Shown here in pieces: positions 48,540 through 61,287 of a stretch of DNA of 64,000 bases (positions within the stretch are counted from its first letter, which is position 1; each line of letters begins with the position of its first letter). Position numbers and translations under genes: made by a program. The DNA is taken from the NCBI GenBank assembly GCA_965645245.1, contig OZ287068.1:2046001-2110000 (forward strand). Reading direction: 5' to 3'. The stretch is from Massalongia carnosa (lineage: Eukaryota). The notes under the pieces were generated by a model that made no database searches, was not told the origin of the DNA, and was given only the letters and a program-made list of their open reading frames with translations.

Positions 48540-50100
48540 GCATTTAGGCTGGGATTGGCTCTGCATTGTGAATCAGCATATCAGTCATTCTCTTGTGGGA
48601 TTCCAAACGCTAGATATCATCGCATCGAAAGCGTTGTACCTCCGAGAATTGCTAGAACCTGTGGAGCACATCTTCCATCCACGTGTTCGGAAACCCAGGG
48701 GGTCCGACATCAAAATGCTCCCGGGCAGGGAGATGGCCTGTTTACCTTCAGCTCCTCCAGATTTTGTGCTGGTCGAGTGTACCTTCCTCATCTGTCAGAT
48801 GATCATTGGTAATATTCTTCAGCCGGGGTGTGCTCTCCGCGCCTTTGTAGCTCCATCCTCTCTAAAGGTAGCGGCTGAGCACATTCACCACCCTTGATTT
48901 CAAAGTCGGATCCAACTCAAAGAGCATTTGATTTAATGGTGTTGAAAAATATGAAAGTTTGTATGATGATCAGGCAGGGGGTTTTTTTTTCTACTTGACA
49001 GGCCAGAGTGCGTACATACCCATTCCTCTGCCTTCTCCATTACGTCTATTGGAACCATATGGTTGATCAGCCTGACAAACCCACAATGGCGGAAGGATTC
49101 CACTAGGGAAGCTGCAGCTATCTATTTCTGATCCTCGATTCCTTTCAGGAATAATGAAAAGTCCAGAGTAATAGGGGCTCATTGCGATGCAAAGATGTAG
49201 TTTGGGGAGTATATCAGGGTTAATTGATTGATAGATGCCAATAATGTCCTATGAGAGAAGTATCCTACGTTTAGGAGCGCTCTCTAACCCCGGATCACGG
49301 TAGGGGGGTAGCAGGCTTGATTGCGGTAGCCTTTCTGTCCAATTCGCCCCCAAATCGAGCTTGACGTATCCCTTGTGCTTGCTTCGGATTAGTTACAGGC
49401 GCACTGTACTTGCTCCAAACGCAGTTTGAGCCCGAAGCTAGTCCAGGGCGATATTCGTAACTGGTCTCCTGCAGAACCGGTTCCATCATAGTACACGTAG
49501 CTTACCAAATCCAACAAGTTTCCTTAAGATAGATGCATATACATCAAAGACTTGATTAATGAACAGGGAATCATTGTGAGTATTTCCAAAGCATCGAGTT
49601 TCCTAGGCATGATCTTCTGGCTTAAGCCATCATTTCTGTACAGGGCGCACACCTTTACAGAGATTTTTAGCCACGCCATAATGTTCTGGCGCAGGGAATT
49701 CTGCAGACCCAGAGATGAGGTCTGTACCCACAAAATGGCAGCTATTAATCAGCAGATCGTGATTGGACGTGTTTATGTAGGCCGTGAGATAACGACGGGG
49801 TTGTGAAGTGAGTGGGTTGAACTGGGAGAACTTAGTCCGTGGCAATAGAAACAAGAAGGGCACGCTTACGGAAGATATCTATGAGGAACATCTTGTGCGG
49901 TATGCAAGGTTTTACAAGATCTGTATTGCCTATGAAGAGATCTCAGTTATTTTCTAGGCATCTTGAGGAGCCTTTCAAAAGGGAGCTAGGTGGACAAAAG
50001 CCTGTTGAGGGATGTCTCATCGATAAGTACCTGTTGAATATCAACAAATCCATATGAAATGGTGCAGAAGAGCCACCAGCAATCAACGCTTTATCTATTT
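48540..50100 (-). pseudogene. Unidentified degenerate coding remnant inside the cluster
   Basis: Protein-like stretches separated by stops and frameshifts (e.g. HFDVGPPGFPNTWMEDVLHRF; SLFINQVFDVYASILRKLVGF) and GT..AG intron-like segments. No family recognised. Confidence 0.3.
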
Positions 50101-51049
50101 TGTTGATTAGATATGTGGCTAGGCTATGAGAATAGGTTTATTAATCGCAACCAGATACTCCGTCAGCATGCAGTAAAACTTCCTGCAGTAATGTCTAGTA
50201 ACCGAGTACAGTAGAACGGAACTTTTTCAATATTGCGGGGTCGAAACTTAACCATCATCATTGACATTGAACTTATCGCATTCGATGCGGTATGTCAAGC
50301 CAGCTGGATCATATCTGACGTAATATGCGAATGCCTTCGCGTATTTACTGATATGGGAATAGCTACATCTGAGAATTTCTGGTATCTTCGATGCTTAGAA
50401 ATTCAGGTCTATAGACATTCGAGGAGAACCTCGAATGTTCTGTGATCAATATGTATATAGCATCACTCCTACGCATAGCATAGAGATTAGTCGCAATAAT
50501 CTGAATTATTTCATTCATAGAAGTTCTGTACTATCAAGAGACTTCTGGCACTCTGCCACCTATTTTCTGTGCATTGGGTCCATCATTCTCCATCCATCCC
50601 TCCTTTTTTAAACACGGTATGTACACTGGATCTGAAGCCTAATCGGATGTGCTATGATTTCAACAAACCGCATTACCAGGAATAGAATTATGATAGTGAC
50701 GAAACGTTTTGGACCACAATTTCTAGAATGGTTTCTAGATTGGTTTATATGCTTTCCAAGAACGAGCAGCTGTTGACCCTGAATTCATCCCTTGTATATT
50801 TCAAATTGTGGTCTACCTATTCTGAAGAATTTCGAGAATGTAATCTATCCTTAGTACTCCTTCCGCCTTAATCGTCGCCGCTGGTCCATCAATATTAATG
50901 ATGATTATTTTTCGGTTCTAGTCCCTGTACCATGTTGCCGTTAGAAACCAGATGCCGCCACTTCCAGAACGTCTCCAGCTCGTTTTGATATTCGTCAGCA
51001 TCAAGTATCGGTTACCGAGCCTTTCAATGAACAGAACATATTTACATTT

Positions 51050-52017
51050 AGGCATCATACCTCTTAACTCGAGTCGAGTATAGCATCGCCATGAGTGTAA
51101 TTGGGTGGAGGATACTCGTCAGACCGAATGGCAGCCCGAGCCAATCATCCCCAAAAACCATTCCCCAATGAAATACCATGGCCTAGGCAGGACCCGAAAC
51201 TAAAATGCCAAGTCCATGAGCAACATTAGTTGATGTGTATAAGGCGCCAATCGAGGAAGGAAAAACTAGCGATGTCATCGCGCTGCGCTGCGCAAGGTTA
51301 CAATGAAGGATGAACCCAGCGCAATGGTTATGATACCAAAAATCAAACCGGCGGATACTTGGATATACCAAGGATCAAGTGCCCAACAAGCAGAAGCACG
51401 CAACTTTCTTATGATAATCTAAGGTTCTTCCGGCCAGCCTCGAGGTTAAATCTTCGAGAAACATATGCGTCAGCAAGAGGCATCAACAGGATGACAAGAA
51501 GCAGGCGAAAAAGGCTTTAAAAATAATCACGAGGCTTTTCTAACACGATTCGAGCTCGTCAATTTCTCAGGAAAAAAGTTCATTGTCGAACAGATAACTT
51601 GCCATAATGTAGTCCCACTCGAATCTGTCGAAGTGTACTGTAGCAACAGTTGTAAATACTGTGCACCGAAGCAAGCAACGAAGCAAGTAATAAAGAATAT
51701 AAATAGAAGTAGTAGAATGACTAGGCTCGTCCAGACAAGTTGGATGAGTTGATAAGTTTTGAATTATCCCGAGCGATGGCTCCGTTTTTGGTTGACCACG
51801 TTCAGGACTCACTTATTCTTCGCCACCAAAAGACTTATGGCGACAGGATGTGTTTCTAGAAGACTTATGGAGACCAGGCCACCTACTAGAGTGAGAATAG
51901 ATGATAGGGCTAGAGGATACCATGGGTGGCACAAGAGCATGTATGATGTCCACGTGTCATGCATGTTTCGTTTTCAATCGTCAGAATCTTGTTAGACAAG
52001 CGCATTTGCCTCTTCAA
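51050..52017 (-). pseudogene. MFS transporter pseudogene, 3' portion (5' end displaced to ~53420-53623, +)
   Basis: HPWYPLALSSILTLVGGLVSISLLET, hydrophobic helices, and TSLVFPSSIGALYT...GILVSGP...FHWG...WLGLPF, typical of the C-terminus of fungal cluster-associated MFS pumps. Contains stops and frameshifts. Confidence 0.7.
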
Positions 52018-52417
52018 CTTGTCAAGAGCCGGCAACGGCTGTCTGAGTTCTGTCTGTGCACGCCGTGGCTCAAGACTACCACATGATCGCGGCCGGGAAG
52101 ATTGTGCAGAAGTAGACTCTCTACCTCAGGATAGTAGATTCAGAATCGAACATCTCATAGGTCATTGATAATGAGATATTCTGCAGAGTTTGAAAGCGTT
52201 CTTGTCCAGACTGTATTGGCTGATCTTATGGCTGAGGATATCCATCACCAGACTCGCTAGGTGTCTTTGTCACTGATATATTCTACTTCTGCATGACAAA
52301 CGGAGTTGAACCGTCCTCCGACTGGTCAATAAACATTAGGTCTGCGTCAACCGCCCCTCGAGGAGAATAGTTAACATCAACCTTGGAGTTGAATGGTGGT
52401 ACGGCCGACGTTGACAT
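52018..52417 (-). pseudogene. AsaB/CmcJ-family (hydroxylase/desaturase-like) gene, N-terminal half
   Basis: PRGAVDADLMF, VMDI....QYSLDKNAF and IYYPEVESLLLHNLPG.DHVVVLSHGVHR, matching the family pattern DIRG...FSLD.NGF / YYPEVE.LL...G...V..FDH..R. Confidence 0.72.
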
Positions 52418-53623
52418 GATTCCCAGCCTCGGAAGAAAGATTGAGATTCGTGAACAAGCTGCAGCAGTGGCGGAGTTTGCTGCCTTTTGTTAGGAAATGC
52501 ATTAGGCTCTACGAAACTTAAGCCGAGAACCTTGTTAAACCCGACCGTTCTCAGAATGCCGTTTCTAGGACATTTCGCGAGACTTTGAGATGGAAGATGC
52601 ATGCATGACACGGCGCTCTATTGGCGCGTTTTTGTAGATATGGGTTGTTTAGAGTACTTGCTAGCGAAGCTGCCGGTGCTTGTACGTTTACGATGTGTTA
52701 TCATCCTGATCGACAATCATTCAGCCAGCCACAAAGATTGAAATACCTCAATACAGGCGAGAAAGCGTACGCATTCATCAAATCATTAGTATGCGACGTA
52801 ATAATATTTTTGATGTGAATGTTTACACGTTCTCGTTGAATGTCATTGTGCGAAAAGAATAGCCATGTTCGTGATCTTTTCTTCTCTTTCATTTTTTATC
52901 TTATTTTCCCCACCAGTTGAACAGCTAGGTAAGTTGAGCAAGCCCGAGAACTTACAATGACAGACTGCTGGGTCTCCTTGCCCGACTCTCGATCATTTAA
53001 TCGACGAGCGCTTCTACGTGCTCTAGATGCTTATCGGCAAGTTATTCATTGATATAGTTCGGCTCAAAGCAACAGCTGATACAAGACGATGTACTGTACG
53101 CACAGGCAGTATGCGCAGAAGGCCAGAAGCACTTACACGGAGCCGCGTCGCCTGCAATTCCAGGAACTTCCAGATGCAAAAAGAAATCTTTTAATGGATC
53201 TAACAGGAATCGAACCTGTTAAAATATTAAATGAGTTTGGCTCGCTAATGTGACCTTCTCCACTATTCGTATAGAAATGAAACGCACAAATGGGTTCTTC
53301 ATCTAACATCAAGTGTCGGATGATGACGCTGCGTGATTGTTTGTACTGTTCCGAATCCAATCGCTCGCAGACACCTAAAAACAGACCTAAAAAATAGCGC
53401 ACACAATATATGGGATATGACGCGTCATGAGGATGCAGTCACTCCAAGCCGAAGCGTTCCTTCCCGTCGACGCTAACGATGTCTCTTTCGTAAGGCTGTG
53501 TATGTACTCCGTATTCGTCGTCCAAAATTCTGTATAGTACTGGTATAACTAGTACCTCGTTATGTAATTATAAGCCTTCTCCGTAGGTTCTGTTTCCTAT
53601 GCCACCGCCAGCCTATCTTCTTT

Positions 53624-54075
53624 GTCCATTCGAAAAAAACCACACAGGCTGCTGAGGAGTTTACCAGACAGTACGCCGAGTCCGAGAAGGCCGCTGAGCT
53701 CCTTCAAACCCACCATCGCATCACTGTTCTGGAAACCTCTTAGCGGACGTGGTGCAGTCAAAGCCTATGGCGTTCGCATTTGCTTCGTCCCTGGATGACG
53801 ACGATATGTTTCTCGTGGAGATTCGGTCTTCCGGCCGCTTGCAATGGTATACTAGACTCAAGTATAATCCCCAGTAGCAGTGGATGTATTGGTCGGGGAT
53901 GCAGAACGATGAACGTCCACTCCTCAAGTGCACCGACACAGCAGCAGGTGTGGGAAAGAAGGCGCCCCATTCGGCTTTTCTTAATTCAAGAACATTGTTA
54001 AAAGTAAAGCCTCGTGAAAGCATTGATGTTAGAGCTATAGTATTCGGTCGAAAGAACCGGCTGCTCTCATTCTGA
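53624..54075 (+). pseudogene. AsaB/CmcJ-family gene, C-terminal half
   Basis: VH...T, FWKPL, PMAFA, YNPQ*QWMYWSGMQNDE..LLKC.D, APHSAF and PRESIDVRAIVF, matching the family pattern NVWRPL / YNP.HRWYY...M.PDE.LL.K..DS / PH.AF / PRESIEVR.LVF. Confidence 0.78.
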
Positions 54076-54822
54076 TGCCGGAACGTTTTTGTGCAGACTA
54101 CAACGCAACAAGAAGCCACGCTAAAATGGAAAAAAGAGACCTTTCAAGACGACAGGTTTCTTCCCTACTTATTTTATCAAACGAGAGACCTAAGATTGAA
54201 AAGAGATACTTAGTCGATAATATAAATAACGTGATAATTGCTTGCAAGAAACCTCTGTGTGCATTATCTACTACTGCATCACCCTGTATAATCAGATGAG
54301 AGTGGCTAATTAATAACTGATGATGTGCACACGGGAGAGGGAACGGCCGAGGGCAGACTGGAGTTATGGGGGTAATAGAAGAGGTTGGTTGCATGACTGG
54401 CTTTTGGCCACTCCCCATTTGATATTAAAAGTTCAGCACCAAAAAGAAACGACTTTCCCTGACTAACTCACCCATTTCGATAAACAGTCACATAGATTGA
54501 TGGGCTTTTCTTTTGGGCACCACCGTTGCGATAACGGGAGCCGCTCCTGTTTATCTACAAGGCGTCAGAAAGGCAAGCCGGCGGGGGGGAATGGATCAGC
54601 CATAGATGGTAATGGTAGGTGTTTTAAGCTACGTATCTCAACTTATACATCTTTACGCAACAAGCGGATCTATTTCAGCGGCTGAGGCGTGCGACGTTAT
54701 AAACTTCCCATCGCTTCCCATCGCTTCGCTGAACCACCGCTTCGGGTGGTTCTTTGACCGTAAGAAATGGCTACAAGCCAGCTGGGACTCTTCTTTATGT
54801 ATCTATGTCATTGCCATCAAGC

Positions 54823-55911
54823 TTAATCCAGCCTTTTAATCATCTGCTCAACAAGATCTTTCGCCAGCGGACCCGATTGCTCCAGCAGCGAGCCAAACTT
54901 GGTATTTTTTACCAGCTTCTCAACTACGCATGCCACGTAGTGGATGACGAGGAGTCTCATCTCGTCGATCGATTCCGAAAGATCTGCAGTCTGGGAGTAG
55001 CTGTAGCGGATCAACTCAACAACATCATCTGTCCGCTCGTCGTGCAGGGTAGACTCGGCTAACGCCTTGTGGAGCTTGTGAAGCGAGAGAGATTTTAGAG
55101 GGGCGATGCCATATTCATCTGCAAACGCGTAAAGTTTGGCATGGCAGAGGAAAAATTCGTTGTAGTTTTCGCTTGGGTCGCAGGCTTTTCGAGAATCAGG
55201 AGTAGGCTGAGAGATGGGGTATGCTCTATTTTTGAAACTGTCCCATAACTTTGACTTCTTCGACTGCGCAGGGATAGAGGCTGGCTTCACAGATTCAAGT
55301 AAGTCATAATGAAATGGCCTTATCTCTTCAAATAACCTTTCTTTTTCAAATGACCTTTCTTCTTCATATAACTCTAGTTTCTCAGGTGCCATTTTTGAAG
55401 GTATCTTCTTTTTCCCTTTCTTATCCTTCGTTGACCCCGAGAATGATCTCGAGCCGTCAAAGTCATTAGGACTCGGGTCGGGCTTGGAGTCGATAGAGTC
55501 AGTAACAGGAGTTTCCTCCTTTCTAACATCACCCTTGGCCAGCTTAGGAAGAGCCTCACTTAGAGTAGAGTGCGTCGCCGCGGTCGCAGAGTCCGGTGCA
55601 GGTTTTGGCTCCGCAGCAATATAGTCCCCTGTGTATGCGTATTGACTGAACCGAACAAAAGTACGCTCGTCAGTTTCTTCTAGCGAAGCACAACCCTCCT
55701 TTTCTTCTGATAGGGCTTCGTTCCCAAGGGCACCAAGGGGTTCCGAGTGGTGAGCTATTAGTGCGGAATGGACGGTGAAAGGTTTTTTTTATCGGGCCCA
55801 ACAAGGAACCTAAAGGAAGGAGAGGAAATAATACTGCATGGTCAATCTACTTAGCCATTCTTGCAGTGTGGTGAGGAAAGAGCGATATCACCTCTCATAA
55901 GAGATCGTCAT
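54823..55911 (-). CDS. BTB/POZ-domain protein; apparent frameshift in an A8 run at 55783-55790
   Basis: MTISYE/SIISSPSFRFLVGPDKK-PFTVHSALIAHHSEPL...LEETDERTFVRFSQYAYTGDY and FLCHAKLYAFADEYGIAPLKSLSLHKL, the fungal BTB pattern. The frame needs 9 (or 6) A's in the homopolymer. Confidence 0.82.
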
Positions 55912-58343
55912 TTTGACAGTCACGTTTGCGCTGGCATCAAAGAATGGAACCTGACTCGCTAACGCAGCAGGAAGAAAAAGCGCCGAGTTTCTTTACGAGG
56001 TCTGAAAAGTAAGCGAGATTGAGGTTCTACTCAAGAACTTTGAATTCATATATTAAGTTCGGAGTAGCTTTTAAACGGCAGTTCTAGGTAGTTGAATGAT
56101 TCAGTTCTCAGCACAAGTCCTCGCAAAGCAGACTAGACTTACAAGACAGAGAACGAGGCAACGGTCAAATAAAATATTGAGATGGAGAGGGACCCGCACT
56201 GAAAATCCGACGAGACACCGTCCAAATCAAATCCTTGTATAAAGATCGATGGTTTTGTTTCTGCAAGCAGACTGGCTTTGCTTTCTCGGAGGCTTGACGG
56301 CGTAAAACGCGTGGAGTTACCAAGACCAATGAAATGGAAAAAGATACGAGAAGTTAGACATCGTTTTCTCCTCAATCATTGTTGCAGCTCCCCACATAGC
56401 GCTTTGCTGCATCCCCCCGTAGTATGAGACTGCTCCTGGACATACCGTTAACGGGCTGTTAGGTTGCCACGTCGAACCCTACTGTACGGTTCTTGTGGTA
56501 TCATGTATTCATCCCCTCAAAGTGTAGGTATGAACGGATCGCCGAAAAAATCATCTTGCAAAGAGGGCAGTCTAATCAATAACGAATAACCACGTTGTGG
56601 AGGCGGCTTGCTTCATATCTGTATCGATTGCATTAAGGAGGGAGGAAAGGGCGAAGGCCTGCAAAGGAAGGCTGGTATGTAACACAATGACTCTTGGCAT
56701 CTATGACATACATATTCTTCGTGGTGCTTGACCAACCCTATGAGCCTCCATGTTTTGCTCTAGACGCCGCCGGTGTGAACTACTCTCTCCCCTTTCCAGC
56801 ACAAGAGCAAGTAAAAGCTCTCCGATGATGTGTATCCGTCTGATTGTAAATGAGAGGCCTCGACCAAAACATCCACATGGGCAATACGTTCCCCGAGAAT
56901 AATTCGCCGCATCACGGAGCCAGCAATGAAGAATAATTTCAACGATTGACGAAATTATAAGCATGAGTACCGTATTGATTGACAGACAAGACCCGGCAGC
57001 AGTCTTAGACTCTTCTGGCTAGAAGATCCAATTTCTGCTTGACTGATTTTTAATCATTAGTTATGGGGGGGGGGCATAACCACAGTACGATCATACCTTT
57101 TTCGATGAAAATTAGAGAGGCATGATTATATACACATTGAGCTCAGGAGACATACCTTCACGTGCCTTCTCTGAACTTCAACATTATAGTAGTAATTCGG
57201 TTAGGGCGAAAGGTAGTTAAAATGTTGAGACCGAGTGGGAGACGGGCCGAAAGGTCGAAGAGGGATGATGTCCAAAAAGTCGGACAAAGAAGGAAGAAAC
57301 AGGCATAAATGGGTAGCTTTTTGACGTTTTCTTCACATCATCACCATTGATATAGAACTCAGCACCAAATAATCCTTTCCCACTCACCCACCCCCTTACA
57401 TCGATGAAGTTTCCTCCCTCACTACTGCCAAAACAAAGCCACTATAGAATCAGAAAATCCAATCCAATCGAAAAATCTCTTGCCTAGAAACGATGATAGG
57501 CAGATCAATCAATTCTTACGAAAGCGGAACTCACATAGTATTTTAAAAAAGAAAAGATAAAAAACCCCCCCAAAGCTCGGAACGTTAAGGTGTCCTAGCC
57601 TAGTTATTACTTAACTACCACTCCAGCCGAGCTCAGTGAAACAGCTAGCCAAAACCAGTTATGGGGAAATTATGCATCCTAATTAACTAGGTAGGTGTAT
57701 GGCAGGTAGTCAGGTAGCTACTTTAGAGGGGAGGGGGAGGGGGAGAGAAGGGGAACCGGGGGGAGGGGGAAGGGTAGTTTCTTTGCATGTTGGCTGACTA
57801 TCTGGCTAGCTAGGGAGGGATGGAAGGAGGGAAGGAAAGACTGAAAAAAAAGTGAAACGGAAACGGGCAAAGTTAGGGGTAAGGGTTGATGAAGAAGGGA
57901 GGGAGGGGGGAGTCTTATTTGATTTCGGTGGGAAAGAAAGGGGGGGTGTCGAGTAGAGAAGTGTGTTCTCTACGTTTTGGTTGGGCTATGTATTAGTAGG
58001 GTAAGTATAGAGAAAGTTCGATTTCAAAAAAAAAAAATAAAAACCAAGTAGCTGGGTATAATATCCCCCGAAGCCATGTATAAGGCTCCCCGATTTCCTC
58101 ATCTTTGATTCCACCCATTATTCATCCTTACATGCCTTCTAAATACCATCTATTCCTGAGTTGCCCAGCCGTTTTACATGCTTCTCCGTTCCCCGCCCGA
58201 GATTCTATCATCAACAACCAATCTGAAATTCACGTCCTCATCCTGGTATTTTCTTCAGATCTGTACAATGATTCCCCTCCTAGATGAGCCCCGATATCTA
58301 AAATAGTACAAAAGTCGACGGTCTGCTTCCTCTTCTGGCTGAC

Positions 58344-60724
58344 TTATTTGTTTGCCGGAGAATCCGTGGCGAGGATTGGGTTCTCGCCCGGGGCCAGCTT
58401 GGAATCGCTCGCTAGAGTGTCAGCCGGTCCATCTGTGAGTTTTGTCAGTAGCAGGAAACCTTGGCCATATAGGCAAGAGACCAAGGGAGCATTGCCCCAA
58501 GTGGAGGGAAAAAGAAAGCAGACATACCATGCCTGGAATACAGTTTCTGCTCGTAATCGTCATATTCGCCCGCCTTCCCGCTCTCAACCTCTTTCCTCGA
58601 CACCCTAAGCTTGCTCTTCGCCAACCCCATCGACGCCAGGAACCCTACCGTATCCTTCCACTCAAGCTCCTTCCTTCGGCTATCCCAGCCCAGCTCCTCG
58701 GCCATTAAATCAATAACACGAGGTAGAGCCTCTAGCGCGGCCTGTGCGTTCAAAAATGCTAGCCGCGTCCGCCGCGCGAGCACGTCCACGGCCGTTTGAG
58801 CATATTCGTGGCGCACGGCGTAGCGGACCTCGCCGTCGATGAACGGATACAGCGGAGAAATCTTTATGCCGCGGACGGGGAACCGTTGCTCGGTGGGTGC
58901 GGAGAGGGCTGCGACAGTCCAGGCGCGGTCGCCATAAGATTCTGTGAGATGTTTCGCGACATCGGTCTCGACGCCAAAATGTTGGATCAGGTTAATGAAG
59001 AGAGTTTTGGAGAACCCGTGCGCACCAATCAGGCGGACTTGGTGGGTTTGACATGTGCCGTCCAGCAGGGCACCATCATCAATCATTTCCGTACCGCTGA
59101 TGCGGGGAACTTGCTTAACTGGGCCAGGGGTGAGATTATATAGTTTCAACGCCTCATCTACCGTCTCCTCGGCCATTTGCCTGTAAGTCGTCCATTTGCC
59201 CCCTGCACATGTTAGGAGCCCTGAGTCGGAAGCTGTTAGAAGATGATTTCGCACGAGCGACTCCGTGTTCTTTGATTTAGGGTCTCGCACAAGAGGTCTT
59301 ATTCCAGACCAAGCAGCCAGCACATCCCCTCGCCGTACGTTGATATCAGGCGCCAGATACCCTCGGATCTCGGAAAGAATCCAGTTAATCTCTTCCTCTC
59401 CAGCGACTGGATTTTGGGTAATCTCAGTTGGAGCATCCGTGGTGCCAGCTATGGTGTTCCCTTGCCATGGAAGGAAGAAAATAACCCGCCCATCAGATGT
59501 TGCAGGGTCGATGAGCCCCATCTTCGAGGGACTGTAGTAACCTGGTAAAATGACGTGCACCCCAGAGCTTGGCGCAACTATTTCGCTCACGCTTTGATCA
59601 TCCATCTTTCGGATCGAGTCGGTAAAAGGCCCTGTTGCGTTTATGACCCCCTTTGCCCTGATAGAGAACTCTTTGGTGGTCTTGCCATCTTTTTCCAGGA
59701 CCAAGTCTCTTACTCTAGCGCCATTGAGCCTCCCATTCTCATCCTTTTCCAATCCTACAACCTCCACGTAGTTCACAATAGTGCTTCCGTAGAGCGCCGC
59801 AGTCATAGCCAGCGATACGTTCATCCGTGAGTCATTGTGGGCTCCATCTTCTTAATATTAGCCAGCCTGTAATGGGTTCAGAGAAAATTTACATGCCATA
59901 GTAGACCAAGGCTCCAAAAAGGTTGTCCTTTTTTAACATTGGGAAAGCATCCAACGCCCGACTCTTAGTCAAGAAATATGAGCTTTCAATGCCTTCAGAC
60001 CCAGCAAGCAAATCGTAGAACTTGGTGCCAGCCCAGAAATACGGCGCTTGCCACCATTTTTGTATAGGTATCATAATCGGTAGCCACATGGACAGATGTG
60101 GTGCGGTGTCTAAGAAGTACTTTCTTTCGCGCAACGCTTCTCTCACAAGCTTATACCTGCATCACATCAGCCCCCGTGCCCTCCAATCCAAGCCGCATTA
60201 TGTCCATACTGATTGTAATCTAGCTCCCAGACAGCCTTTTCGAGATATCTCACGCCGCCGTGCACCAGCTTTGTACTTTTACTACTAGTTCCACTGGCAA
60301 AGTCGTCCCTCTCCACCATTGCAACCTTCAGCCCCCTCGTAACAGCGTCAAGCGCAATACCTGTTCCAGTGGCTCCGCCGCCAATTATGAGCAAGTCATA
60401 CGGCTCAGCATCACTCTGCTCCTCAGGTATCTCGCCCCCCCGAAGTAGCCCATTGAATGCCCCCACTGATTTTTTTGAAATGTACCGTGTTCCAGCACTT
60501 CTCTTCAAGCCTTCGATCTGCTCTTCTCGAGATTTGACTTGGGGAAATCGAGGCGGAATAAAATTTCCGCCTTCTCCATATCCTGGCGGAGGAACGGCTG
60601 CCGGGTTGGACCCAGGTATGTTTCGTGGTCTGTAAGAAACATAGAGGATTCCGCCACTAGTAATTGCAGCGCCAGTTGCATATAGAATAGGACGAAGGAA
60701 TTGACTTGAAGCTCTAGCGGCCAT
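58344..60724 (-). CDS. GUT2: Mitochondrial FAD-dependent glycerol-3-phosphate dehydrogenase, 4 exons
   Basis: [82 protein letters not shown] and [12 protein letters not shown]. The last exon ends ...PANK* at 58344. Confidence 0.97.
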
Positions 60725-61287
60725 GCCGCAGATGTGAAAGCCCACTTACTCAGGGGGGGATGTTGGGGCACATAGGAAGAAGCTTATCCCGCTCAATCTG
60801 GTGGGACCGTATACCTATTCAAGTCATTGATAGGTATTTTGGTTTAGGGCAAGAGGTTATACCTGATCAGCGAGATTGGGACTTTACGATGACTGACGTA
60901 AAAAGGTAGTAATCCGTCAATGCAGGGTCCAGTTGATGTGTAAAGATAAGCCATCAAAGTGTGGCCCTATGATTTGATGGGCTAACAGAGTACAGAGTAC
61001 GTAAAAGATAACAGCACACGAAACAAATTTCAGGGTGATCTATTGGTTAATGATTTAGGAAAATGATCATGCTGAGTCATGCCATGTCCCACCATGCACA
61101 TGCCGATACTCGATGCCTTGATCCCAAAATCTGCTCTTAGCCATAGCAGCTACTACTATTCCGTTTCACACAAAATCACACAGTTCACACAAGCAGCCAT
61201 GGCAGTAACCCATCTCCCCCTCGATCTTTGGTCAGCCTTAGTGATTCCCTCGTCTTCCCTAGATCTCCCCAACACATATCATTCGTT

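Noticed and set aside
57720..57960. G-rich tracts as a functional G-quadruplex or telomere-like element
   Set aside because: Irregular low-complexity purine runs downstream of GUT2, with no repeat unit or other support.
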